Shown here: piece by piece, positions 38,459 to 48,518 of the stretch | Layout: every line of letters begins with the position of its first letter | Position numbering within the stretch: position 1 is the first letter of the stretch | NCBI GenBank assembly: GCA_964439905.1 | Contig: CAYTPK010000017.1 | Span: 72,039-136,038, forward strand | Length of the DNA: 64,000 bases | Direction: 5' to 3' | Source of the DNA: an uncultured Dehalococcoidia bacterium | GTDB lineage: Bacteria; Chloroflexota; Dehalococcoidia; Lucifugimonadales; GCA-2712585 | Translations under genes and position numbers: made by a program | The notes under the pieces: generated by a model | The model's database searches: none | The model's input: the letters and a program-made list of their open reading frames with translations, nothing else | What the model was told of the DNA's origin: nothing

Positions 38459-39436
38459 ATGACTGAAATCTTCTCTGAGCGTTCGTTCTGTGATATATCT
38501 GGAACTTGGTCAAAGCTTCTTTCAAAAACCGCAATAAATACGCCGTTCCAATTAATTGAATTTCTTGAGACTTGGTTTTCGGAGCTTGGTTCTGGTAGCG
38601 ATACACATATTCTTCATGCCACTTCGAAGCCAATGGAAGGAATTGCTCCGTTGAGAAGTCGAGGGCCAAGTTTCACGTTTTTAGGAGATCAAGATGTATG
38701 TGATTTCGCCGATTTCCTCATTACCCCAGGGAATGAAATAGGATTCTTTGGTGCATTATTGGATTACTTGGAGGACATCCAATGTAGAGATTTGAAATTA
38801 TTCTCCATTCCGGAAGAATCGTTGACCTTAAAAATTCTGCCTGCAGTTGCTAGGGAAAGAGGGTATAAGGTTGATGTAGCGAAAAGTGATGTGGTTCCAG
38901 GCATGGGATTACCCGATTCTTGGGATCAATTCTTATCAAGTCTATCAAAAAAGAATCGCCATGAATTACGGCGTAAATTCAGAAGATTAGGAGCAGTTGA
39001 AGGGGTAGCCTGGTTGGAACTGACTCATCCCGATGAGGTTCAGTTGTCGATGGATGACTTCTTACGATTACTTAAACTGAGCGGTCAACATAAGGAGGAA
39101 TTTCTTACACCGGATAGAGATAGATTTTTTCGAGAGGTGGCTTATAAGTTCGCATCTGGGGGCTTTCTTAGGTTGTTTTTTTTGGAGATCAATGGCCAGA
39201 AAGTAGCTGCAGTCATGTGTTTTGATTATGGGAATTCGAGATTCTTGTATAACAGTGGATACGATCCAGAATTTAGATACTATAGTGTCGGTCTTCTGTT
39301 AAAAGCATTTTCTATTCAAAATGCTATTGAGTCAGGTTTAAACTATTATGATTTTCTCAGAGGTGGTGAGCCATACAAATATGATTTGGGGGGTATAGAT
39401 AGACTAGTTTTTAATTTAAATGTGGAAATTTACTGA
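38459..39436 (+). CDS. GNAT-fold protein of the BioF2-like/CelD/FemAB-like acetyltransferase type (Acetyltransf_6-like)
   Basis: 325 aa. 'KKNRHELRRKFRRL', C-terminal 'FLYNSGYDPEF..YSVG.LL....I..AIE.G...YDFLRG.E.YKY..G'. Stop shares one nt with the next ATG (TGATG). Confidence 0.55.
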   Translation: MTEIFSERSFCDISGTWSKLLSKTAINTPFQLIEFLETWFSELGSGSDTHILHATSKPMEGIAPLRSRGPSFTFLGDQDVCDFADFLITPGNEIGFFGALLDYLEDIQCRDLKLFSIPEESLTLKILPAVARERGYKVDVAKSDVVPGMGLPDSWDQFLSSLSKKNRHELRRKFRRLGAVEGVAWLELTHPDEVQLSMDDFLRLLKLSGQHKEEFLTPDRDRFFREVAYKFASGGFLRLFFLEINGQKVAAVMCFDYGNSRFLYNSGYDPEFRYYSVGLLLKAFSIQNAIESGLNYYDFLRGGEPYKYDLGGIDRLVFNLNVEIY

Positions 39437-40647
39437 TGGCTTTAAGAGTAGCTATGGTAAGTTTTCATTCATGTCCTGCTCTAGCTCCAGGATCGGGAAA
39501 AGTGGGTGGTATGAATGTTTATATAATTGAATTAGCCAGAGAACTCAGTTTATTGGGGCTAGAAATCGATATTTTTACCAGAAATCATTTGGAATCGGAT
39601 CAGGATGTCTCTTTTCTTGGACATGGCGTCAGAATAGTACATCTTTACGGTGGACCGCCAGATGCTGAACTACATGTTTTTAGAAGTTATATAGATGGAT
39701 TCTATAAAAAAGTGTTACGCTTCCAATCCGAACACAAAATTACATATGACGTGGTTCATTCACATTATTGGATGTCTGGCTTGATTGGTCAGAAATTTTC
39801 TCAGAAAAATAAGATACCTCATATATTGAATTTCCATACCTTGGAGCATTTGAAGCGGAAGGCTATCGGGCCTACAGATGCTTTTAGTGATAGAGAAGCT
39901 ATAGAGATGGACTTAATAGGGTTAGCAGATCTTATAGTGACCTCGAGCGGCCATGAAATGCAGGCTATCATTAATTTACACCCTTCTGCTAGGAGAAAAA
40001 TAGTCGTGATTCCGTGTGGAGTCAATCTTTCAACGTTCAAGCCGATTGAGCGGCAAGTCGCACGAGACAGATTGAGAATTTACGATGATAAAATAATTTT
40101 GTTTGTCGGTAGGTTGGAACCCCTAAAGGGTATAGATTTTCTGTTTAAAGTCGTGGAGGCTTTGGGGACAGATCGGGGATTTAAATTGTTAGTTGTAGGC
40201 GGTCAGTCGGAGCACGATCCAGAAGTTTTACGTTTAAAAGCTCTTTCGGAAACGATGGGATTGTCAAAATCAGTGGTTTTTATTGACCGAGTTGACAGGG
40301 AGGATTTGGCCGTATTTTTCTCAGCGGCCGACGTATGTCTTGTGCCCTCTTACTACGAGAGTTTTGGCCTGGTAGCTCTCGAATCTATGGCCTGCGGAAC
40401 TCCGGTAATAGCCTCTCGAGTAGGCGGGTTGTCTTCGCTGATAAAACATGGTAAAACGGGATTCTTGATGCCATGGAGGTGTCCAGAATCCTACGCGGAT
40501 AGATTGATGATGATTTTTCACTGTAGACAACTTAGTGAGAGTATGAAGACTGCCTCTATTCGCAATGCGACTTCGTTCTCTTGGAATCGGATAGCTCCCT
40601 TGGTGCTTTCATCCTACGAATCATTACTCCCAACTCGTGGGTCCTGA
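39436..40647 (+). CDS. GT4 glycosyltransferase, MshA-like (D-inositol-3-phosphate N-acetylglucosaminyltransferase type)
   Basis: 403 aa. N-terminus 'LRVAMVSFHSCPALAPGSGKVGGMNVYIIELARELS..G.EIDIFTR' closely follows the MshA signature as I remember it. C-terminal 'YYESFGLVALESMACGTPVIASRVGGL'. Confidence 0.7.
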   Translation: MALRVAMVSFHSCPALAPGSGKVGGMNVYIIELARELSLLGLEIDIFTRNHLESDQDVSFLGHGVRIVHLYGGPPDAELHVFRSYIDGFYKKVLRFQSEHKITYDVVHSHYWMSGLIGQKFSQKNKIPHILNFHTLEHLKRKAIGPTDAFSDREAIEMDLIGLADLIVTSSGHEMQAIINLHPSARRKIVVIPCGVNLSTFKPIERQVARDRLRIYDDKIILFVGRLEPLKGIDFLFKVVEALGTDRGFKLLVVGGQSEHDPEVLRLKALSETMGLSKSVVFIDRVDREDLAVFFSAADVCLVPSYYESFGLVALESMACGTPVIASRVGGLSSLIKHGKTGFLMPWRCPESYADRLMMIFHCRQLSESMKTASIRNATSFSWNRIAPLVLSSYESLLPTRGS

Positions 40648-41330
40648 TGGATAACTTTTGGGATAGATTGCACCCCCGGCAGGCATTCAAAAGCATGGGC
40701 CAGCATTTTAGGCGCAAAATAGTTTCGGGATTCCTTATTGTTTTACCCCTCATGGCTACGATACTGGTCATGAAGTTCTTTTTCGACATTATAGACCCAA
40801 TACCGCGGGATTTTCTTGAAGGTATTATTGGCCGAGAACTACCTGGTGTTGGAATCGCCTTTTTTATTATTTTTATCTATCTATCAGGGTTGGTAGGCAG
40901 TTATGTAATTGGGGTACGTCTAATATCTGTTGGACATAAATTAGCAGATAGAATACCTTTTGTAAGGGCTATCTATAGAACTGCAAAACAGACCGTTGAT
41001 TCACTCATGATTTCTAACTGGTCTGAAAAATATAGCCGTGTAGTGTTGTTGGAGTTTCCAAGATTGAATGTTTTATCAATTGGATTTGTTACTGCGAACT
41101 TTAACACTAAAGACGGTATACCGATGATAGCTGTTTACATTCCTACAGCACCTGTGCCCACATCAGGATTCTTGGTTATTGTACCTGAATCCAATTCTGT
41201 CTCAACCGATTTAAACGTGGATGAAACTATGAGAATGGTCATATCAGGAGGAGTTCTGACTCCAGAGGGAATATTTGATAATATGAACTCTTCTGATCTT
41301 TATGAAGCGTTGAAGGAAAAAGAAGCCTAA
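40647..41330 (+). CDS. DUF502-family membrane protein
   Basis: The ATG at 40647 shares one nt with the upstream TGA. 'GFLIVLPLMATILV..FFFD.ID', 'IPFVRAIY...KQ', 'LLEFPR.....IGFVT', 'VYIPTAP.PTSGFL..VP'. Confidence 0.7.
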   Translation: MDNFWDRLHPRQAFKSMGQHFRRKIVSGFLIVLPLMATILVMKFFFDIIDPIPRDFLEGIIGRELPGVGIAFFIIFIYLSGLVGSYVIGVRLISVGHKLADRIPFVRAIYRTAKQTVDSLMISNWSEKYSRVVLLEFPRLNVLSIGFVTANFNTKDGIPMIAVYIPTAPVPTSGFLVIVPESNSVSTDLNVDETMRMVISGGVLTPEGIFDNMNSSDLYEALKEKEA

Positions 41331-42259
41331 GGCTTGATAGGCAAATGGAACCAATGAAGTCGATGTATGGATTCGAATCCCATTGATTTGTAGAGTCTTA
41401 TAGCAGCCTCATTTGATTCATCTACTTCAAGTTCTACAAAGCTGGCACCAATGGATACAAGGTGTTTTAAACCAGCCACCAAAAGCGGCTTTCCCAATCC
41501 CTGTCCTCTATAGAAAGGGTCAATTCCAATCATAGATATGATCCCTTTAATTCCGTTAATAATTGGCATGGTCAATGTCCAGTTGTATCCAGCTATATTA
41601 TCCTGATGTATTAAGAATATTATTCCCGAATGTGATGTATTGCTCATGTTGGCACGGTAGCTAATTTCTTCTAGTGAATTCGGTGAGAAATTAAAGCTTC
41701 CACCAAAGGATGAATTTTGTATGGTTGTAAGAGCCTGATCATCCCCCGGGCTGCCATAGCTTCTCATACTGTAGTTTCCAGGCAGCGTTGGTTCCAGTAA
41801 ATTCCTAGGGGCCCATCGCATTTTAAGATAGGTATGTTCTCTATAGAAGTTACATTTATCGGTTAAAATTTCTATTGGTATTTGAGGAGGTGGTAGAAAG
41901 TCTAAGGTTGAAACCTCTAGATTTTTAACCTTTTCTAAAGCGGCGGCCAATAGGTCGTATACAAGGTTTGATCCTAGAAACCCACTCGTGCCTTTTATAT
42001 CCAATATGGCTCTATCTATCCTCGGCTCGTAGCATATTAGACTGGTTGCTCTTAGTTGGTTATCTTGTAGACATAGCAAGATATCTCGGTCTACGTCAAC
42101 GTGAGGCTGTCTTAACTGTTCCGCAAGTGCAGTCTTTGTAATGGGCCCTGTTTCTCCGTCCGCTATTCTAAGTTGATTTTCCAAGCCCAAGAGGATATCT
42201 AGGTCTTTCCACTCAAAAGATTTGATTATCAAAGATTTGCTTTGTGGAGGGTTAACCAC
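41327..42259 (-). CDS. Tandem-GNAT acetyltransferase, MshD-like (mycothiol synthase type)
   Basis: The ORF runs to 42415, but its first 52 codons are Cys/Thr/Ser-rich and overlap the divergent gene. GTG at 42259 follows AGAGGAAG. This gives about 310 aa with two GNAT halves. C-terminal 'IGIDPFYRGQGLGKPLLVAGLKHL...G...VELEVDESNEAAIRLYKSMGF'. Confidence 0.6.
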   Translation of the reverse strand: MVNPPQSKSLIIKSFEWKDLDILLGLENQLRIADGETGPITKTALAEQLRQPHVDVDRDILLCLQDNQLRATSLICYEPRIDRAILDIKGTSGFLGSNLVYDLLAAALEKVKNLEVSTLDFLPPPQIPIEILTDKCNFYREHTYLKMRWAPRNLLEPTLPGNYSMRSYGSPGDDQALTTIQNSSFGGSFNFSPNSLEEISYRANMSNTSHSGIIFLIHQDNIAGYNWTLTMPIINGIKGIISMIGIDPFYRGQGLGKPLLVAGLKHLVSIGASFVELEVDESNEAAIRLYKSMGFESIHRLHWFHLPIKP

Positions 42260-42373
42260 TAATTGTCTTCTTCCTCTGGCTTGGTCACAATAATATTGAC
42301 CCGCATTGACACACATGTGGGATTGTAGCAGAGTAGTTGTGCACGAACAATCAGTAGATAGGGAGGTTGCAGA

Positions 42374-43069
42374 TTGCTTAAGGCGCCCAAGAGGGCATTG
42401 GTCATTACCCCGCACCCGGACGATGCGGAAATTTCTTGTGGAGGAACAGTTGCTAAGTGGATCAACTCGGGGACTCAGGTTTTCTACGTGCTATGTACAG
42501 ATGGTAGCAAGGGGACTGATGATCCTAATCTAGAAGCTGAATCATTAAGGACTATCCGGAAATTGGAGCAGATAGAAGCGGCAGATACATTGGGAGTTAA
42601 AAAAGTTGTCATGCTGGGCTACCCTGATGGAGAGCTTGAGGATAGTAGAGAATTCAGAGGTAGACTAGTTAGAGAAATACGAAGATTTAAACCGGATATT
42701 GTTTTATGTCCGGACCCGCATCGTAGGACATTTTATTTTCATAGAGATCACCGTATAACAGGTATTGTGGCACAGGACGCTGTTTTCCCATATGCCAGAG
42801 ATAGATTGCATTTTAACGAGCATGAATTAGAAGGACTAACCCCCCATAAAACTGGCATGATTCTGTTTTGGGGAGCAGAGGAACCTGATGTAGTCATTGA
42901 TATTTCCGAGTTTATGGATCTCAAGTTGGATTCGTTGGGTTGCCATAAAAGCCAACTTTCGGGCCTAGATCAGGCCTTCCAACGTATTCGTGCATCAGGT
43001 GAACAAGCTGGAAAACATCTTGGTTTAAAATACGCGGAAGCCTTTCGAAAGGTTGTCTTTAGAACTTAA
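42374..43069 (+). CDS. LmbE/PIG-L-family N-acetylglucosaminyl deacetylase (MshB/BshB-like)
   Basis: 231 aa. TTG start 7 nt after AGGGAGG. 'ALVITPHPDDAEISCGGT', 'GY.DGEL', 'HRDH' metal and catalytic motifs. Confidence 0.8.
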   Translation: MLKAPKRALVITPHPDDAEISCGGTVAKWINSGTQVFYVLCTDGSKGTDDPNLEAESLRTIRKLEQIEAADTLGVKKVVMLGYPDGELEDSREFRGRLVREIRRFKPDIVLCPDPHRRTFYFHRDHRITGIVAQDAVFPYARDRLHFNEHELEGLTPHKTGMILFWGAEEPDVVIDISEFMDLKLDSLGCHKSQLSGLDQAFQRIRASGEQAGKHLGLKYAEAFRKVVFRT

Positions 43070-43142
43070 AAATCCTTGTACTCGTGAGTTTGATGTACGA
43101 TTCCGGTAGGGGAATGACCAAAATGAAAGCTTCAACTCTAAT

Positions 43143-43838
43143 ATGATCAAAGCAATATTCTTTGACTTTTATAATACGCTTGTTCATTTTTACCCCACCG
43201 TGGAAGATATTCAACTGTGCGCATGCAAAGAAATTGGTCTTACAGTAACTAAAGAAGGAGTGATGAGGGGTTACGAAAAAGCTGATGGATTTTTCAATTT
43301 AGAAAACAGCAGAAAACCTATCATATATAGGTCCGAACAAGAGAGGAAGGAGTTCTTCGCTGTTTATGAAAAAATGATACTAGAGGGGGCTGGTATAACT
43401 GTGAGCTTTGCCCTAGCGGCTCAAGCCTGGGAACTCACTACATTAATTCCCAGGAGATTTAGATTATTTGGAGATGTGCGACCTACTCTGAAAAAGCTTA
43501 AGGAACTAGGTCTTACATTAGGTATAATCACCAACTTGAACCAGGATATGGAGGTTTTATTGAATGAATTGGACCTAGAGGAAGTTATAGATGTCATAGT
43601 CACGCCCAGAGAGGCGGGAGCAGAAAAACCACATCCATCCATATTTCTGCGAGCTTTGGAAAAAGCGGGAGTGACTCCTCAAGAGGCAATTCATGTGGGG
43701 GACCAAGTTTTATCCGACGCGCAAGGGGCGAAATCTGTGGGTATCAACCCGATTCTTATAATTCGAGATATTCACGTAGGTAGAGAGAATGACGTGAAGA
43801 TCATCAGAACTATGGAGGAGATATTATTCCTAACATAA
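43143..43838 (+). CDS. HAD-superfamily hydrolase, subfamily IA; motif I reads D-F-Y (haloacid-dehalogenase-like rather than D-x-D)
   Basis: 231 aa. 'IKAIFFDFYNTLV', 'GIITN', 'KP.P.IF', 'HVGDQVLSDAQGAKSVG'. Confidence 0.7.
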   Translation: MIKAIFFDFYNTLVHFYPTVEDIQLCACKEIGLTVTKEGVMRGYEKADGFFNLENSRKPIIYRSEQERKEFFAVYEKMILEGAGITVSFALAAQAWELTTLIPRRFRLFGDVRPTLKKLKELGLTLGIITNLNQDMEVLLNELDLEEVIDVIVTPREAGAEKPHPSIFLRALEKAGVTPQEAIHVGDQVLSDAQGAKSVGINPILIIRDIHVGRENDVKIIRTMEEILFLT

Positions 43839-43969
43839 TGCAATAAACCTATAGGGTTTCGTATATCAAGTCGGAGCTTCTGAATTGCTTAGACTTAGTT
43901 ATTCCCAAATAGATGATTGTTGTGAAAATATTGGTCCTCCAAGCTATCCCTATGCTTTTCATGGTTGAT

Positions 43970-46900
43970 CTATGGTTCTTGAGCCAATTTTGATAGATCC
44001 CGTTGGAATTGTATTATCGAGCCCAATATATTCAGTAATACTGTCCTCCAATCGGTTCCCATTAAAGATCTGTTCAAAGTTATTTTATGGTGACCTACAG
44101 ATGCTAAATCTCCGAGGATTTTTGACAAGGCCATCCGAGCGCCACCTGTTGGGTATTTTAGAGTCAGCGTAATAGAGTTTGTTTGCGTAGACAAAGATTC
44201 AATGCCCGCATCTGCTGCTATTAGTTTAATCTTTATTGTATACAAAAGATCGTTGGTCTGAGTTGGAATGGGTCCGAATCGGTCAGTGAGTTCTTCAACC
44301 ATTTCCATAATTTCGTTTTTAGTTCGCAAGCTCGCAAGTCTTTTGTATATTCCTAGCCTGTCCGGAAGATGTGAAATATACCCTTCAGGTATATGGGCAG
44401 AAACTGGAAGATCGATTCGAATATCACTCAGGAAATTAGCTGCACCAATTGATGTGTTTTCGCGGGCAAGTTTTTGTTCAGTGATGGCTTGCTTTAATAG
44501 CCTGGTATATAAATCGAAACCAACTGCTGATATTTGACCGCTTTGCTCTGAACCCAGAATGTTACCAGCTCCACGTATTTCTAAGTCTCTTAAAGCTATT
44601 CTCAGCCCGGATCCCAGGTCAGATGCTTCAAGTATGGCCTGCAGTCTTTTGTTTGCATTGGAAGAAATATTTTGTTTCTTTGATATTAGCAGATAGCAAT
44701 ATGCTTTGGTGTTTCGACGACCTACTCTACCTCTTATTTGGTACAGTTGGGCGAGTCCTAATCTATCAGCTTTGTTTACAATCAGGGTATTTGCATTTGG
44801 AATGTCCAATCCAGATTCAATTATTGTGGTGCAGACTAGGATGTCTGTTTCACCATCCGTGAACTTAAGCATTTCAGCATTTAATTCTGGTTCTGCCATG
44901 CTCCCATGGGCAATTCCTATATGAGCTTGAGGGACGAGCGCTTTCAATTGGTTAGCCATTTTCCAAATAGAATCTATATGGTTGTGAAGGAAGAATATTT
45001 TACCATCGCGATCTAGTTCTCTAAGGATTGCATTCCTGATCATTTGCATGTTGTATTCACCGACATACGTAGTCACAGGCCAGCGATTTTCTGGTGCGGT
45101 GTTCATGGTACTCATGTCTCTTATCCCGGATAGAGCCATGTATAATGTTCTTGGTATAGGGGTGGCACTAAGAGTCAGGATATCCACACCTTTTTTGATT
45201 CTCTTAAGTTTTTCTTTGTGATTCACCCCAAATCGTTGCTCTTCGTCGACAATTACAAGGCCCAAATCCTTAAACCTGACGTCGTTTTGCAAAAGTCTAT
45301 GTGTGCCTATGACAATATCAGTTAGTCCTAACTCCAATCGCGCGAGTAATTCCTTCTGTTGTTTAGCGCTATTGAAACGACTAACTACGGCAATTTCCAG
45401 CGGAAATGGCCGTAGTCTGTTGCTGAAGGTCTCATAATGTTGCTGGGCTAATACTGTAGTTGGTACTACTATAGCCACTTGCTTATTGTCTGTAGCGGCC
45501 TTAAAGGCCGCTCTTAGGGCTACTTCCGTTTTGCCGTATCCCACATCTCCACAGACCAGACGATCCATTGGTTTACTTAGTTCCATATCTTGTTTAACTT
45601 CTACAATGGTACGGGCTTGATCGGGAGTTTCTTCGAATTGAAATGAACCTTCGAGCTCTTCTTGCCAGACCGTGTCTTGGCTGAAACTATGTCCTTGGGA
45701 CGTTTCCCGGTCGGCATATAAGCCTAGCAACTCTTTGGCCATTTGTTGTGTTGATTCCCTCACCCTGGCTTTCGCTCTTGACCAATCGGCTGAATGCAGA
45801 CGACTTAGCCGAGGAGGATCATCGTTAGTGGTCAAATATGCGCTTATAAGATCCAGATGATCCGTTGGCAAATAAAGTTTGTCGTTTTCCGCATATTGTA
45901 GAACTATATATTCCCGTATTTCTCCATTTGTCTCTATATTGGAAGTGCCCGTGAATTGGGCTATTCCGTGATTTTCGTGAACTATGTAGTCGCCTATGCG
46001 TAGTTCCAGAGGAAGAGGAGTTTTCTTGAATTGCTTTCGTCTCTTGTAAGTAGGCTCCTTTACTGTTCCGAATAGTTCCAAATCTGTTAGAAGAATAGTC
46101 TTATTCTTATTTGAGTCGAAACTCCACCCTTGATTTAAGGATCCTTCAATAATGTGAACCGCCCTTTTATCCAAAAAATTGGTCGACGTAGTGTCTATGA
46201 TATTGGGTATAGCATGATCGGAAAGAATTTCCCGAATACGTTTGGGTGATCGGGTTACTACTATAGTTAGAAAGTTTTTTCCCATAGATCTACTCAGTGC
46301 ATCAACAATGTCATCCGTTTTGCTGAATAGTTCAGGGGATGATCTAAATCCCATGTGACTAGCTGTAGAATCGGGGGAGTTTAGATCAATTTGTTGGTAA
46401 TTCCCTAAAACCTTTTCTATCTTGCTCCATAAAAAATACGGGTCTGGAAAGTTCCTTGGAATGTCACCTCGGAGTTCGCGATCACGTTTTAACCTTTCGT
46501 TCCGCTGATCAAGTGAGTTTCCCGATAATGAGATGTGGGTTTCGTTATCTAAAATTACCATATGATTATCATCTATGTGATTAAGGAGAGACTCAGAATT
46601 GATGAAACCGTTGTAAAGATATGATTGACTACCCGTGGTACCAGAAAATATTTCTGTGATATCTTCCATAACTCGATACTTCGTGGATGTACTACATCGA
46701 TTAAAATCCATCTTAGAAATGTAGGACTCAAGTAGTTCGTGGCCTGATGCTATTGGCAATATTTCTACAGCTGGGCTAATAAGAACTGTTTCTACAGGTT
46801 TTATAGATCGTTGGGTTGATGGATCAAAATGATTCAATATATCTACCTTGTTTCCAAACAATTCCAGTCGTATTGGCAAACTTAAATTGGCTGGAAAGAT

Positions 46901-47476
46901 GTCCAGAATTCCACCACGTTGACTGAAGGTTCCAGGTATTTGTACAGAGTCATCCTTTCTATAACCCATTCGTGCCCATTGTTCTTGTATATCTGTTGCT
47001 CGAATCTCTGCCCCTTTATCTAATTGCATAGAACATTTTGTTAAGAGAGTTTTTGAAATAGTTTTAAATGTTAGGCCTTCAACTGACGTAACAATTAGTG
47101 ATGGAAACTTAGGTCCTGTATCGATCAGTGAAGTTAAGACCTTCAGCCTGTCGTTACTAGTGGAGTTGTCGGCCCATAGTCGATCATAAGGTGTAAGATT
47201 TGTTTCTGGGAAAATCGAAATATAGGAGTCGTTTTCAAGGTATTTGCTGATCTGTTCCGAAAGTTTTTCTGACTCATTACCATTTGTAGTAACGACCAAT
47301 ATGGGTCGATTTAGACGTTTCCACAATGAGGCTATGAAAAGTGGTTTTGCTCCAACAGGTAATCTAATGGGCGTGCGGGATTGCTGGGTTATCCTCTCAG
47401 CGAGGGATACGAACCCAGGAGTTTCTTCTAATATTTTAGAGAGGCTGTGTAGAATGGGTAAAGCTCCTCTTTCCAA
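43970..47476 (-). CDS. mfd: Transcription-repair coupling factor
   Basis: 1168 aa. 'GDYIVHENHGI', Walker A 'GDVGYGKTEVALRAAF', 'VDEEQRFGV', helicase C and TRG region 'LYQIRGRVGR'. Confidence 0.95.
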   Translation of the reverse strand: MERGALPILHSLSKILEETPGFVSLAERITQQSRTPIRLPVGAKPLFIASLWKRLNRPILVVTTNGNESEKLSEQISKYLENDSYISIFPETNLTPYDRLWADNSTSNDRLKVLTSLIDTGPKFPSLIVTSVEGLTFKTISKTLLTKCSMQLDKGAEIRATDIQEQWARMGYRKDDSVQIPGTFSQRGGILDIFPANLSLPIRLELFGNKVDILNHFDPSTQRSIKPVETVLISPAVEILPIASGHELLESYISKMDFNRCSTSTKYRVMEDITEIFSGTTGSQSYLYNGFINSESLLNHIDDNHMVILDNETHISLSGNSLDQRNERLKRDRELRGDIPRNFPDPYFLWSKIEKVLGNYQQIDLNSPDSTASHMGFRSSPELFSKTDDIVDALSRSMGKNFLTIVVTRSPKRIREILSDHAIPNIIDTTSTNFLDKRAVHIIEGSLNQGWSFDSNKNKTILLTDLELFGTVKEPTYKRRKQFKKTPLPLELRIGDYIVHENHGIAQFTGTSNIETNGEIREYIVLQYAENDKLYLPTDHLDLISAYLTTNDDPPRLSRLHSADWSRAKARVRESTQQMAKELLGLYADRETSQGHSFSQDTVWQEELEGSFQFEETPDQARTIVEVKQDMELSKPMDRLVCGDVGYGKTEVALRAAFKAATDNKQVAIVVPTTVLAQQHYETFSNRLRPFPLEIAVVSRFNSAKQQKELLARLELGLTDIVIGTHRLLQNDVRFKDLGLVIVDEEQRFGVNHKEKLKRIKKGVDILTLSATPIPRTLYMALSGIRDMSTMNTAPENRWPVTTYVGEYNMQMIRNAILRELDRDGKIFFLHNHIDSIWKMANQLKALVPQAHIGIAHGSMAEPELNAEMLKFTDGETDILVCTTIIESGLDIPNANTLIVNKADRLGLAQLYQIRGRVGRRNTKAYCYLLISKKQNISSNANKRLQAILEASDLGSGLRIALRDLEIRGAGNILGSEQSGQISAVGFDLYTRLLKQAITEQKLARENTSIGAANFLSDIRIDLPVSAHIPEGYISHLPDRLGIYKRLASLRTKNEIMEMVEELTDRFGPIPTQTNDLLYTIKIKLIAADAGIESLSTQTNSITLTLKYPTGGARMALSKILGDLASVGHHKITLNRSLMGTDWRTVLLNILGSIIQFQRDLSKLAQEP

Positions 47477-47650
47477 GAAAGAAGTATAAATCGGTTAGCA
47501 AACAAGCATCTCTGGAACCAATTTTATACGTATTATAAGGATTAGTTCAATGCTCTTTTACCTGGGATACAGCACTGGTAAAATTGAAATCGCTCTGAAA
47601 TGGCACTTTAGGGTACGGAACATTGTATAAAAGGATTAGAGGATATTTCT

Positions 47651-48433
47651 TTGGGACGTTATAAAAGATTGGTTGTGAAGGCTGGAACCACCGTTTTGAC
47701 TGGTGGGACTAACAAACTAGACGAAACAATAATGGGAGGGCTAGTCAAACAAATCGCTTCGCTGCATCGAAGTGGCGGAGAGATATTGTTAGTAACGTCT
47801 GGTGCCATTGCCGCTGGCAGGGAATCACTTAGAGATATAGGAAATCTGCCAGATATTCATCACCGGCAGGTCTTGGCTGCTGTGGGGCAAAACCATCTCA
47901 TGAACACGTACACTGAACTTTTTGGCAAACATGGACTGGGGATAGCGCAGGTGTTGCTTACCCGAGATGATTTATATGATAAACAAAGATCCAAATATGT
48001 GTTAGATACCTTGCAAACGTTGCTTAAACGAAGGATAGTCCCAATCATTAACGAAAATGACGTTGTTGCCATAGATGAGATTGGTGATGTATTTGGAGAT
48101 AATGATATGCTTTCTGCTATCGTATCGAGCCTTGTAAGAGCTGATCTGCTGGCAATTCTCACTGATTCGGATGGGTTAATGACTAAGGATCCGAGGTTAG
48201 ATTCTAATGCCAAGCGTGTGCCGATTGTAGAGGTGATAGATAGGATAGATGAATCAGTAGTAGGTGAACATACTAATCCATGGTCACGAGGAGGCATGCG
48301 TACCAAGATAGAAGCAGCTAAGATAGCGACACAGGCAGGTACCACGGTAATAATCTGTGACGGCCGTATGCCTGATGTGGTTTGCAAATTGGATAATGGA
48401 GAAGATATAGGAACAATTTTCGTTCCTAGTTGA
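47651..48433 (+). CDS. proB: Glutamate 5-kinase (no PUA domain)
   Basis: 260 aa, TTG start. 'LVVKAGT.VLT', 'VTSGAIAAG', 'INENDVVA..E...GDND.LSA', 'GGM.TKI.AAK.A...G'. Confidence 0.9.
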   Translation: MGRYKRLVVKAGTTVLTGGTNKLDETIMGGLVKQIASLHRSGGEILLVTSGAIAAGRESLRDIGNLPDIHHRQVLAAVGQNHLMNTYTELFGKHGLGIAQVLLTRDDLYDKQRSKYVLDTLQTLLKRRIVPIINENDVVAIDEIGDVFGDNDMLSAIVSSLVRADLLAILTDSDGLMTKDPRLDSNAKRVPIVEVIDRIDESVVGEHTNPWSRGGMRTKIEAAKIATQAGTTVIICDGRMPDVVCKLDNGEDIGTIFVPS

Positions 48434-48518
48434 TGGAGTTGTCATGCTGTGTTACTACTTTATACAGGTCATGATTTTATAAGTACTATAAGAATTCTTT
48501 CGAAGGAGATTGGTTGGT

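Noticed and set aside
42260-42415. N-terminal 52 codons of the 362-aa ORF for the MshD-like gene (MRGNDQCPLGRLKQSATSLSTDCSCTTT...).
   Set aside because: The translation is low-complexity. It overlaps the divergent LmbE gene start and its SD. An internal GTG with an RBS gives the expected length of about 310 aa.
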